Positions 26,418 through 35,993 of a stretch of 35,993 bases of DNA are shown one piece after another. The notes under the pieces are model-generated. The model worked only from the letters and a program-made list of their open reading frames with translations, was not told where the DNA came from and did no database searches. The stretch comes from a bacterium (GTDB lineage Bacteria > Patescibacteriota > Minisyncoccia > Phycocordibacterales > UBA9973). The position numbers and the translations under genes were made by a program. The first letter of the stretch is position 1. Each line of letters begins with the position of its first letter. Location: contig JBAWZD010000005.1 in assembly GCA_037143195.1 (NCBI GenBank), forward strand, positions 1 through 35,993. Reading direction: 5' to 3'.

Positions 26418-26975
26418 TTAAAATTTTACTTCTACTGGATTCTGCGCCGCATCGTTGTCGCCGAGATCAAAGAAATCCATCTTGGCAAAATGAAACATTC
26501 CAGCAATCAGATTGTTTGGGAAATGTTCCACTTTCGTGTTGAGGTCACGCACCTGACCATTGTAGAAACGACGCGATGCTTGGATTTTGTTTTCGGTATC
26601 AGACAGTTCGCGCTGTAATTCAAGGAAGTTTGTATTTGCTTTCAATTCTGGGTACGCCTCACTGATGGCAAAGAGTGATTTGAGCGTGCCACTGAGTGCG
26701 TTTTCAGCTGCGCCTTTTTCAGCCGGCGATCCTGCTTGCATCGCAGTCGAGCGAGCCTGACTCACCTTCTCAAAGGCTTGTGATTCGTGCGTAGCGTAGC
26801 CTTTGACTGTGTTTACGAGGTTTGGGATGAGGTCATAGCGACGCTTCAACTGCACCTCGATATCAGCCCAAGCTTCCTTCGTACGATTGCGTAAGGTGAC
26901 AAGTCCATTAAATGCGGCAATGACCCAAAGCACGATAACGGCGAGAACGATTAATATAATGATTGAAGTACTCAT
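26418..26975 (-). CDS. lemA: LemA family protein
   Basis: AWADIEVQLKRRYDLIPNLV.TVKGYA.HE, EAYPELKAN.NF, RRFYN. Confidence 0.97.
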   Translation of the reverse strand: MSTSIIILIVLAVIVLWVIAAFNGLVTLRNRTKEAWADIEVQLKRRYDLIPNLVNTVKGYATHESQAFEKVSQARSTAMQAGSPAEKGAAENALSGTLKSLFAISEAYPELKANTNFLELQRELSDTENKIQASRRFYNGQVRDLNTKVEHFPNNLIAGMFHFAKMDFFDLGDNDAAQNPVEVKF

Positions 26976-27004
26976 GTAGATATTATACCACGGAAGTCAA
27001 GCGG

Positions 27005-27126
27005 GGGTGCGCAAAAACAAAAAGCTCTCGGAAAGGCCCGCGGAGCGCGACGGCGCGAGCGCGAGGCGAAAATCCTTCAGGATTTTACGCCGGTCCTTTC
27101 TGAGAGCTTTTTGTTTACGCGCACCC
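27005..27126. repeat. 122-bp intergenic element with 36-bp imperfect inverted arms (structured RNA, MITE/REP-like, or terminator)
   Basis: 27005-27040 pairs with 27091-27126 (32/36); inner hairpin GCGAAAATCCT-TC-AGGATTTTACGC. Confidence 0.8.
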
Positions 27127-27142
27127 TACCTACTTTCGTGGC

Positions 27143-28057
27143 TTACTTCTTTTTGTGCTTTACTGCCTTTTTCGATTGAGCCTGTTCTACGATAACGAGG
27201 AGCGGACTTGCGACGAAGATCGATGAGTACGTTCCAAAGAACATACCGACGATGAGCACGAGAGAGAAATTCTTGGTCGTCGCTGGACCAAAGAGGTAGA
27301 GCGAGAGGAGCACGAGAATGACAGTGAGTGATGTGTTGATTGAACGAACGAATGTCTGATTCAAACTCTTTCCAACTGTCTCACTGAATGTTGGCGCGAT
27401 GCGATTCTTGAGGTTCTCGCGGATTCGGTCAAACACAACGATAGTGTCTGACACCGAGATACCGAGCACCGTGAGAAGCGCGACCACGAAGAGCGTATCT
27501 ACTTCCGCACCGTGGAAATGTCCGAGCAAAGCAAAGACTCCAGATGGGATCGCAACGTCATGCACGAGTGTGGCAATAGCGATGAAACCATATTTCCATG
27601 ACGATACAGGTTCTGACACACCACGGAATGCAAATGCGATATAGAGCACGATTGCAATCACAACGATGATGATGGCAACGATAGCCTTTTGGGTCAATTC
27701 ATGTCCGACAGAGGGTCCAATCGAATTGAATGTTGTCTGAGTCAAAGGATATTTGCCACCGAGTGACAAATCATTCACGAGTACAACACGCTCTGTATCT
27801 GCGAGCGGACTACTCTTGATCGAGAGACCACTCTCCCCTACGTTCTGTACGATTGCGTCACTGATTTTGTGTGAAGCAAGTACAGGAGCGATGAGTGACG
27901 TTTCTGGGCGACCGCTCGTGTAATTGACTTCAAGAAGTGTTCCTCCTTTGAAATCAATGCCAAGACGGAGACCGTACACGAGAATCGCAACGATTGATCC
28001 GAGCACGATGAGTGCGGAAATAGTAAGAAAGACGAATTTGTTTTTGATGATAAACAT
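27143..28057 (-). CDS. secF: Protein translocase subunit SecF
   Basis: LGIDFKGGT, SIGPSVG.EL, HD, GISVSDTIVVFDRIRE, RSINTS, GTYSSIFVASP. Confidence 0.97.
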   Translation of the reverse strand: MFIIKNKFVFLTISALIVLGSIVAILVYGLRLGIDFKGGTLLEVNYTSGRPETSLIAPVLASHKISDAIVQNVGESGLSIKSSPLADTERVVLVNDLSLGGKYPLTQTTFNSIGPSVGHELTQKAIVAIIIVVIAIVLYIAFAFRGVSEPVSSWKYGFIAIATLVHDVAIPSGVFALLGHFHGAEVDTLFVVALLTVLGISVSDTIVVFDRIRENLKNRIAPTFSETVGKSLNQTFVRSINTSLTVILVLLSLYLFGPATTKNFSLVLIVGMFFGTYSSIFVASPLLVIVEQAQSKKAVKHKKK

Positions 28058-28060
28058 AAA

Positions 28061-29500
28061 TTACTTTGTGTGGTGAACTGCCTTAGACTTTGCCGACGAC
28101 AAGCCTGAACCGAAAAGGAAATTCGTTACGCGTGTTCCATCTTTGGTCGCTACTGAACGAAGGAAGAGACGAGTAATGAGGATTGCTGAGAGCATTGAGA
28201 CAAGCACACCGAGGAGGAGTGTAATCGCAAATCCACGAACGAATGTTCCGCCGAAGATTGAGAAGAGAATGACTGCCGTGATCATTGTGGAAATGTTTGA
28301 ATCACGAATTGAGAGCCATGCACGATCAAATCCTGCAGTGATAGCATCACTCGTTGTGCGTCCACCATGGAGCTCTTCTTTGATACGTTCGAAGATGAGC
28401 ACGTTTGCATCAACGGCCACACCGATGGAAATAATAAATCCAGCGATTGCAGCAGATGAAAGTGTGACGTGGAGGAGTTTGAAGATTGCGAGTGTCATGA
28501 TGACGTAGAGTCCAAGTGCAACGACAGCCACAACTCCTGGCAAACGGTACCAGAGGATGAGGAAGAGTGCGATTACGAGGAATCCAATGATTCCCGCCTT
28601 CACACCGTCATGCATTGCCGCTGCGCCGAGTGATGGACCGATGAGCTCACTTGAGAGCAAATGGATTGGCACAGGAAGTGCTCCATAACTGAGTGAGTCA
28701 GCAAGCGCCTTTGCTTGTTGTGGACTGAAACTTCCCGTGATGATAGCTTGTCCACCAGTGATTTCACTCTGAACTGTTGGTGCAGAAATAACTTTGTTGT
28801 CGAGGAAAATAGCGACAGTCTTTCCGAGGTTTGCTTTTGTAACAGCATCAAAAAGTTGCGCTCCATCAGCATCGAACGTAAGTGCGACGTATGGTGATCC
28901 AGTGTTCTGATCAAACTGAACTGCCGCAGTCTTGAGGTAGCGACCAGTCAAACCAGTTGAAACATAGTTTGCGTATGGATCGACTTCAGGAAGAACTACT
29001 TTGCCGTCAGGACCAACAGTTGCGTTGATTGGTGCAGCTTCTTTGTCGCTCTTGATACGGAAATCAAGTGTTGGTGTCTGACCAATCGTATCTTCAGCCT
29101 GAGTAACATCTGTCACACCTGGAAGGTCAACGATGAGTTGTTCACTACCAGAAGCTCCAATACCTCCCTCTTTGATCTGAATGAGTGGTTCGAGCACGCC
29201 GAGCACACCTGAAACTGCTTTTGAGTTTACGCGAGCTTCAACGACATTGCGGAGCACTTCCATTGAACTTGAAACCTGACCACTTGGGATTTTTGAAACA
29301 TCAGCCTCGTAAACAAGGTGTGTTCCACCCGAAAGATCAAGACCGAGCTTGAATGGGTTTGGATGACGATTAAAGAATCCTGTCAAAATAGCAGGCTTTG
29401 CTGGAGCATGCCCATTGACTGGTTCTGACTTATAAACATAGAGACCGAGTGCGAGACCAATAATAACGACAATAAGCGCCCAAATTCGTTTTTTCCACAT
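28061..29500 (-). CDS. secD: Protein translocase subunit SecD
   Basis: LGLDLSGG, IVDLPG, GALPVP, IGPSLG, IGVAVDANVLIFERIKEE, DSN. Confidence 0.97.
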   Translation of the reverse strand: MWKKRIWALIVVIIGLALGLYVYKSEPVNGHAPAKPAILTGFFNRHPNPFKLGLDLSGGTHLVYEADVSKIPSGQVSSSMEVLRNVVEARVNSKAVSGVLGVLEPLIQIKEGGIGASGSEQLIVDLPGVTDVTQAEDTIGQTPTLDFRIKSDKEAAPINATVGPDGKVVLPEVDPYANYVSTGLTGRYLKTAAVQFDQNTGSPYVALTFDADGAQLFDAVTKANLGKTVAIFLDNKVISAPTVQSEITGGQAIITGSFSPQQAKALADSLSYGALPVPIHLLSSELIGPSLGAAAMHDGVKAGIIGFLVIALFLILWYRLPGVVAVVALGLYVIMTLAIFKLLHVTLSSAAIAGFIISIGVAVDANVLIFERIKEELHGGRTTSDAITAGFDRAWLSIRDSNISTMITAVILFSIFGGTFVRGFAITLLLGVLVSMLSAILITRLFLRSVATKDGTRVTNFLFGSGLSSAKSKAVHHTK

Positions 29501-29549
29501 AATAGTAGGCGCATTCTAACGATATATGGGCGAAAAAGCAACCCTACCC

Positions 29550-30101
29550 CTAAGGGCGAAGTGCCAATTTTTCAGCGATAAAATCAATCACAACTGCTGT
29601 GAGCGTACCGAGAATGAAGCCTCCGAGAATGTCGAGTGGGGTGTGAACTCCGGCGAGGACACGCGCCGCGCCGACGACGAGTGCGAGCAAGCCCGCGAAC
29701 ATGCCGGCGCGGCGGTCAATAAAGAACACACTCACCGCAAGCGCCGAATAAAAAGAAGCATGCCCCGAAGGAAAGCCATAATCAGAAAGTTGCATGAGCG
29801 GACGCAGATTGATATTCAAAATATCTGGTCGTCCAATCTTGAAATAATTTTTGAGCACAACAGAAAACGTATACGAAGTGAGAATTGAGACAAACACGAG
29901 CATGAGATTGTTCCAACGCTTCGCAAGATTTTCGAGTGGTGCAAAAATCGAATGTTCCCGAAGCGGACGAAACAGCAAAAACACAATCACCCACACGAGC
30001 GTGAGAATTCCCAGCCATGTCGCACAAAAAATGATGAACTGTCCCTCAAGCGGAGTGACGGCGTTTATAAATCGAATGGGGCTTGTTGAAAGTATGTTCA
30101 T
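29550..30101 (-). CDS. PAP2 family phosphatase (possible undecaprenyl-diphosphatase)
   Basis: K.....GRP, FPSGHA and ARVLAGVHTPLD motifs. Confidence 0.92.
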   Translation of the reverse strand: MNILSTSPIRFINAVTPLEGQFIIFCATWLGILTLVWVIVFLLFRPLREHSIFAPLENLAKRWNNLMLVFVSILTSYTFSVVLKNYFKIGRPDILNINLRPLMQLSDYGFPSGHASFYSALAVSVFFIDRRAGMFAGLLALVVGAARVLAGVHTPLDILGGFILGTLTAVVIDFIAEKLALRP

Positions 30102-30947
30102 CTACTTCTCATATCCACCAGCTTGTCGCTCAGCGGATATAACAACGTTCTGCATCAGCATCGATACAGTCACTGGACCAACACCACCAGGTACTGGTGA
30201 GAGCGCAGCGGCGAGCGGTTCAACCGTCTCACGATCAACATCTCCAACGATTGAGCCATTTGATTCAGACGTACCAGCGTCAACGATCACAACACCTTCT
30301 TTGACGTTCTTTCCATTGATGAGTTTAGCCTTCCCTACTCCGGTGATGATGACATCGGCACTTTTGAAAATTTCTTCTGGGTTTGGTGTATCGCGATCTA
30401 CCGATGTGACATCGAGCCCACGACTGGTGAGCAAATGCGCGACAGGGCGACCAACGAGCATTCCGCGACCAACGACGACAATTTTCTTGCCTTTCAAATC
30501 AAGGTTGAGTGAATCAAGGAGCGTGACCGACGCAGCAGCAGTTGGGAAAAGATAGTTTGGTTTATTTGCGTAAAAAAGATCACTTGAAGCTGTGCTTGTC
30601 GCATCAACGTCAACGGCGGCTGGAATCGCATCGAGCACCTTGCGTGAATCAATGTGCGGAGGAAGCGGAAGCTGCACAATGAGTCCTGCCATATTCTGCA
30701 GCGCACCAAGACGACGAAGCTCTTTGATAAGATTCTCCGTTGTGATATCTCCTGGGAACATGCCATGAACAACCTTGAGTCCAAGGCTTTCGGCGGTACG
30801 TTCCTTCATGCGCACGTACTGAGCAGCAACGTCATTGTCCCCTACCAAAACATCACAAAATAATGGTTGAAACGGGAGTGCGGCAACACGACCTTTGAGG
30901 GTTTCTAATATCTCGTCGCGAACCTTTCGGCCATCGATGATTTGCAT
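30102..30947 (-). CDS. folD: Methylenetetrahydrofolate dehydrogenase/cyclohydrolase
   Basis: IIDGR, YVRMK, VQLPLP, DVD, GRG.LVGRP, GDVD, PVPGGVGPVTV.ML..N. Confidence 0.95.
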   Translation of the reverse strand: MQIIDGRKVRDEILETLKGRVAALPFQPLFCDVLVGDNDVAAQYVRMKERTAESLGLKVVHGMFPGDITTENLIKELRRLGALQNMAGLIVQLPLPPHIDSRKVLDAIPAAVDVDATSTASSDLFYANKPNYLFPTAAASVTLLDSLNLDLKGKKIVVVGRGMLVGRPVAHLLTSRGLDVTSVDRDTPNPEEIFKSADVIITGVGKAKLINGKNVKEGVVIVDAGTSESNGSIVGDVDRETVEPLAAALSPVPGGVGPVTVSMLMQNVVISAERQAGGYEK

Positions 30948-30997
30948 ATGTATGCGCGATTATAGTACAAAATGGCGCTAAAGTCCACGCAACAACC

Positions 30998-31031
30998 AAA
31001 AATACCACTAGATCAAAAATCAAGTGGTATT
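30998..31031 (-). terminator. Probable intrinsic terminator after ORF 31056-31736
   Basis: AATACCACT...AGTGGTATT stem followed by a U run on the minus strand. Confidence 0.6.
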
Positions 31032-31055
31032 CATAATTCGGCAACAATATGATAA

Positions 31056-31736
31056 TTACTTTGACTCAACAAAATAAATAACTACACTGTTCTTCGGGTA
31101 AGACATTCCATTTACATGGTATGCATCAGAGTACCATGCATTGTCTTTTACACGATGGCTTACTTTCATCGTCATATTTGACTCATCGGTGACCTGAATC
31201 AAGTAGATAGTCCCGTCTTTCTTTAGTTCGTAACCTAAGTATTTCTTTCCTAATTCTGGCATAGCTACCAGAATTATGTAGTAAAATAAATAGTCAAGAA
31301 TAGTCAACGTTGGAAATTCGACATTTTTTTCCAGCTGCATATCATTCATATTCTCTGTTAGAACATACTCCTCTACTTTTCTTGGATGATTGCAATCAGG
31401 AGAAACATCAATCTTCATTTTTGCGTACTTGTCACACAGAAAAGTATTTTCAAAATAGAAATTCCGCTCTTCACCATTTGATTTTTTTAATATTGTATCG
31501 ATACAATACTGATTCAAACCATCACTCGTTTTTTGGCTGAATAAGACACCAAGCTGAAAAGCTTCTGGTCCGTACCGATTTACCACCATTTGAATGACTG
31601 CGGTCAGCTCCTTCACACACGTCGTGCTTTGCTCAATTTTTTTGAAGGTTTCTTCTGAGATTTCAATTCCTACGAGCGCTAATCGTAATATCTCATAAAA
31701 TTTTTCTTTTACTGGATTTAATCCATCCTTTTGCAT
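31056..31736 (-). CDS. Hypothetical AT-rich protein
   Basis: Start reassigned to ATG 31736 (MQKDG); the track's TTG start coincides with a -35 box. Confidence 0.75.
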   Translation of the reverse strand: MQKDGLNPVKEKFYEILRLALVGIEISEETFKKIEQSTTCVKELTAVIQMVVNRYGPEAFQLGVLFSQKTSDGLNQYCIDTILKKSNGEERNFYFENTFLCDKYAKMKIDVSPDCNHPRKVEEYVLTENMNDMQLEKNVEFPTLTILDYLFYYIILVAMPELGKKYLGYELKKDGTIYLIQVTDESNMTMKVSHRVKDNAWYSDAYHVNGMSYPKNSVVIYFVESK

Positions 31737-31782
31737 GTTTAGCCGTTTTTCGTTGTTAAATAAAATTAAAAATATCACAATT

Positions 31783-31811
31783 ACTCTAATAGTAATACGA
31801 TGATTTGTCAA
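31783..31811 (-). promoter_or_regulatory. Sigma70-type promoter TTGACA-N17-TAGAGT
   Basis: Perfect -35 at 31811-31806, 17-nt spacer, -10 at 31788-31783. Confidence 0.75.
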
Positions 31812-31834
31812 TAGAACGCAAGGAGAGGCTTGAA

Positions 31835-32995
31835 TTAAAGCCCTTCAAACTCTTTGGAGAGATCTTCAGGGTGAGCGTGGCGGGTACGGCGGGACATGGA
31901 GGAGAGAATGCCGAGCGAGCCGAATTCCACCATCAAATGCGAACCACCGTAGCTTATGAACGGAAGCGTAATTCCTGTCACCGGCATGATGCCGATATTC
32001 ATTCCCATATTGATGAGAATATGCGAAATAAACAGAATCATGATTCCGGAAGCAAAGAGACTTTCAAAATTGGTTTCGCCGTGGAGTGCAAACGATAAGA
32101 TGCGAGCAAGCAAAAGTCCGTAGAGAATCAAAAGCAAAAGTGCCCCAACAAATCCCCATTCTTCGGCAAACGCCGCAAAGATAAAGTCGGTCTGATATTC
32201 TGGCAAAAATCGCAAACGACTCTGTGTCCCATACCCCACCCCTTTGCCAAAGAAACCTCCTGAGCCGACCGCAATCACCGCTTGGTGCGCGTTGTAGCCT
32301 CGTCCATGAATGTCGGAGAGTGGACTGACGAAGGTCGTGATACGAGCCTTTTGATATGGCTTGAACACAAAGGACCACAGCATCAAAAATGCAATCACAC
32401 CAAGACCAAACAACAACAGCAAGTGACGTTTCTTGATTCCGGCAACAAGCGCCATTCCAAACCAAATCAGTCCGATAATGAGCGACACTCCAAAGTCAGG
32501 CTCAAGCAAAATGAGCATAAATGGAATGAACGCATACACACTTGAGATCACGAGGTGTCTCACCTGCCCAATCGCCACGTGTCGCCGAGAAAAATATTTC
32601 GCAAGAATAAGGATCAAAATAACTTTGACGAAGTCAGATGGTTGCACCGAAAATCCGCCGAGCGAGAACCAACTCTTCGCGCCGTTTGCCGTGTGTCCGA
32701 TCACAAGCACAAGCACGAGCAAACCCATAAAAAAGAGAAAGAGCGAGACAAGCACGTTCGTCTTCTTGAGCACACTGCTATCAAGCAAAGCAAAAAGGAA
32801 AAAGAGCGCCACCGCAATCGCAAGCCACGCCATTTGGCGATCGAAAAAAATACTTCCCTGTCCGTATGACTGCATCGTCACAAGCCCCGCAATCGAAATC
32901 GGAAGCGCGAACAACAGGAGCGTCCAATCGATACGCTCAAAAAAACTCGTTCGGTTTCCCCGCCCTCTCTCATTGTTGGTTTCAATCAAAAACAT
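31835..32995 (-). CDS. rodA: SEDS family peptidoglycan polymerase (RodA/FtsW)
   Basis: GAKSWF.LG.FSVQPSDF.K, EPDFG, GYN..Q..IAVGSGG..GKG, LPEYQTDFIF, PVTGITLPFISYGGS. Confidence 0.9.
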   Translation of the reverse strand: MFLIETNNERGRGNRTSFFERIDWTLLLFALPISIAGLVTMQSYGQGSIFFDRQMAWLAIAVALFFLFALLDSSVLKKTNVLVSLFLFFMGLLVLVLVIGHTANGAKSWFSLGGFSVQPSDFVKVILILILAKYFSRRHVAIGQVRHLVISSVYAFIPFMLILLEPDFGVSLIIGLIWFGMALVAGIKKRHLLLLFGLGVIAFLMLWSFVFKPYQKARITTFVSPLSDIHGRGYNAHQAVIAVGSGGFFGKGVGYGTQSRLRFLPEYQTDFIFAAFAEEWGFVGALLLLILYGLLLARILSFALHGETNFESLFASGIMILFISHILINMGMNIGIMPVTGITLPFISYGGSHLMVEFGSLGILSSMSRRTRHAHPEDLSKEFEGL

Positions 32996-33004
32996 AACCG
33001 AGAA

Positions 33005-33784
33005 TTAGTGCGTGTGAAAAACATCAATGATTGGAACAATATCATATCGAGCGACCGGTCGAGGAAATGCCTGTGGCCACGTAAACGTCACTGAAGTATT
33101 TGAATTCGGTGCGAACTCTGGGACGACCGTCTTTGAAACGTTCACGGTATTGTTTTGATCGTCGTACAGCACTGCTGCGACGACTGTATTCGTGAGTGCA
33201 ATTGTCGGTGAAAAATTGGTCAGTGTCGCAGACAATCGTGGAACAATACCAGACGTATCAAGCGAAATACTACTTGAACCAATTCGCAACTTTGAAACAG
33301 TCTCGGGAATTCGCTCCCAGACTGACGGCGTGTTCGAAAATGAAAATTCCGTTGCACCAACCTTTGTTGCTCCAACACTAATCCCTGTCTCAACGATTAC
33401 GTATCGTCCGAGTGGTGGCACAACCGCAACACCGTCTCTGCGTGCGAGCAGAATATTGTCTTTGTCATACAAACGAAATTCGTACGGAAGAGAGCGAGTC
33501 GCTCCGTTGTTCTTGTTCTCAATCAATGCTGCGGCGTTGTAGACAGTGTCTGTTACCGGAAACGAGCGAAACCACAGAATAGTCGGTGTACGAACTTCAG
33601 TCGCACACATAGTGGTACACATCGTGCCACCACAATCGATTCCCGTCTCATCACCATTTCGGACACCATCAGTACAACTTGGCGTTACAAATATTTGCGC
33701 CGAATAATGCCAGAAGGTCAGTCCTCCGAAAACGATGAATATAATGAAGAGTATAAAAATTCGACGACGCATAGCCCATGTCAT
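33005..33784 (-). CDS. Hypothetical membrane-anchored exported protein with a Cys-rich motif and two beta-rich domains
   Basis: N-terminal TM; SCTDGVRNGDETGIDCGG.MC...C; directly upstream of rodA. Confidence 0.85.
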   Translation of the reverse strand: MTWAMRRRIFILFIIFIVFGGLTFWHYSAQIFVTPSCTDGVRNGDETGIDCGGTMCTTMCATEVRTPTILWFRSFPVTDTVYNAAALIENKNNGATRSLPYEFRLYDKDNILLARRDGVAVVPPLGRYVIVETGISVGATKVGATEFSFSNTPSVWERIPETVSKLRIGSSSISLDTSGIVPRLSATLTNFSPTIALTNTVVAAVLYDDQNNTVNVSKTVVPEFAPNSNTSVTFTWPQAFPRPVARYDIVPIIDVFHTH

Positions 33785-33793
33785 ATCCTAACA

Positions 33794-34984
33794 CTATACG
33801 CTAGCTACACCTTTTTTAAAAGACTCCGAACCCTCGTCTGGTTTAGCCTCGTTCAGTGCAACCTCGTTCATAACATGTATCAATCCGTCTTCGGTTGTTA
33901 TCTTCAAGATTTCTCGACACCCATTACTCAAAATTCTATCGTGTTGAAAACGAGAATCATCTTCTTTGAGAATGCGCATGAGCATGTCATAGTGCGAAGA
34001 ATCCATCGGATCGGAAATCTTTTTGATTCCAAGTCGCTCCATTTCGGATTCTAGTATTTTCTTGCGCGCGTCCATTTCTGTTGGCTCAGACAAGTACACT
34101 TCAACATCAGAGTACGGATCTAATTTTCCATCTGTGTATTTTTTAAAGTAATCATCCGATTCATACAATTTTTTAAAATTTTCTGTTCCGATATAAGCGT
34201 TCTTGTACGCATGAATAGCTGAATCAGTCATTTCAAAATTACCAAGAGTCAGAAGATGTTCGAGTTCTTCGATACTCATAGTCTCATCGTTTACGAGCTC
34301 TTCTGGATGATCAAAAAGGATCTGCGCGTTGAGTTTGCCCGTGTTGTCACGCTCAATATGTGTAACCGCTAAAGGATCTCCTTTTCTCTCAGCCAGATTA
34401 ACATCAAACCAATATATGGATTTTTTAAGACGATCGAGTCGTGCAGTTTGTACCGCTTTCGCAGCACTATCGGAAAGCCCTTCGCGCTTAAGTTTATCAA
34501 GATAATCGGCTGCTTTAACATTCTCGTAGAGTTTTTGCCGACGCGTTCCAATAATATGTCCCAAATTTTGAACAGTGAAAGTTGTCTCCGCTTTCTTAAT
34601 TTGTGCCTCCTTCCTTAATATCTCCCGTCGTACGTTTTCGATATCAGTAAGCCTCCTCGCGCTTTCCCATTCTTTTTCAACTTTAGTGGAATCACCGTCG
34701 TAAAATGCAAAGAAGTCATTTTTATTTTCCAATATTTTTAAATAATCTTGCGATGAACGCAGAGACTCCTTTGCTTCCTTAATATGCCGTGCAGCTATTT
34801 TTTCGAGTTCATCAAACGCACTTCCTGAATAAACTCGAGGATGGTCAGGTATCCGTTCGGCGCTCTCATTTTTATTTGTATCGGTTTTGTTGTTTTCTTG
34901 AGCATGCCCGTTTGGCGACCCAAGGGACAAAGCAGCCACTGCCGCAATTTTTAAAATCTTCTTAGATCCCCCGAAAAATTCCAT
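33794..34984 (-). CDS. Hypothetical secreted protein (possible degenerate zincin)
   Basis: True start is probably ATG 34984 (MEFFGG), with TATACT 6 nt upstream; signal-like KILKIAAVAALSLGSPNGHA; the longer track ORF runs through 5S rRNA. Confidence 0.8.
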   Translation of the reverse strand: MEFFGGSKKILKIAAVAALSLGSPNGHAQENNKTDTNKNESAERIPDHPRVYSGSAFDELEKIAARHIKEAKESLRSSQDYLKILENKNDFFAFYDGDSTKVEKEWESARRLTDIENVRREILRKEAQIKKAETTFTVQNLGHIIGTRRQKLYENVKAADYLDKLKREGLSDSAAKAVQTARLDRLKKSIYWFDVNLAERKGDPLAVTHIERDNTGKLNAQILFDHPEELVNDETMSIEELEHLLTLGNFEMTDSAIHAYKNAYIGTENFKKLYESDDYFKKYTDGKLDPYSDVEVYLSEPTEMDARKKILESEMERLGIKKISDPMDSSHYDMLMRILKEDDSRFQHDRILSNGCREILKITTEDGLIHVMNEVALNEAKPDEGSESFKKGVASV

Positions 34985-35017
34985 ACTAAAAGTATACAGT
35001 GGGCACTTTTGAAAAGC

Positions 35018-35045
35018 AAAAAAACGCACCGTGTGTGCGTTTTTT
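35018..35045 (-). terminator. rRNA operon terminator
   Basis: AAAAAACGCAC-cgtgt-GTGCGTTTTTT hairpin just downstream of 5S. Confidence 0.85.
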
Positions 35046-35065
35046 AATAGAAAATCAAATACTAT

Positions 35066-35175
<110 letters not shown>

Positions 35176-35284
35176 AAAACATTCGATTGTTCTATCTTCG
35201 TTCATTTATTATTTTTGTATATATTCGTGAAGCGATAGCTTCACGTGTTCAGGAAATTAATCCTGTCGTGATTCTCACAGTTCC

Positions 35285-35993
<709 letters not shown>

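Noticed and set aside
27005-27195. Long hairpin as SRP RNA, or the 62-aa ORF over it
   Set aside because: No SRP domain IV motif seen on either strand; the ORF is a low-complexity reading of the repeat and overlaps secF antisense.
31737-31811. TTG start of the 251-aa ORF
   Set aside because: The TTG is part of a perfect -35 hexamer, so this stretch is promoter and leader.
35176-35284. tRNA or ncRNA in the 23S-5S spacer
   Set aside because: Only short hairpins (CGTGAAGC-gata-GCTTCACG) consistent with rRNA processing stems.

Overview
A chromosomal segment that looks like Patescibacteria (CPR, Parcubacteria-like), inferred from the shortened PheS/PheT, reduced rRNA helices, an rRNA intron and standard code-11 stops. 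Nearly every gene is on the minus strand, co-oriented with the 3' end of an rRNA operon (23S with a group I intron, then 5S). Housekeeping genes: pheS/pheT, a UvrD-nuclease fusion, murC/murD/murI, an M24 peptidase, a heterodimeric ABC exporter, SPFH, htpX, lemA, secDF, PAP2, folD, rodA, tRNA-Leu(CAG) and tRNA-Ser(GGA). A >990-aa S74-chaperone fibre/adhesin gene, missing from the ORF track, runs off the left edge. Main observations: (1) an ORF-less L2593 group I intron whose ~150-nt L1 insertion carries an 18-nt antisense copy of its own 5' exon/splice site (peptidyl-transferase centre) that competes with P1; (2) a promoter-ORF-terminator cassette flanked by a perfect 28-bp direct repeat; (3) accessory genes downstream of tRNA-Ser separated by degenerate tRNA-3'-like repeats; (4) ten genes with a TAnnnT box exactly 6 nt before ATG; (5) a 122-bp long inverted-repeat element; (6) a membrane protein-HAD phosphatase fusion. 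All calls are from reading the sequence by eye; no database searches or folding computations were run.
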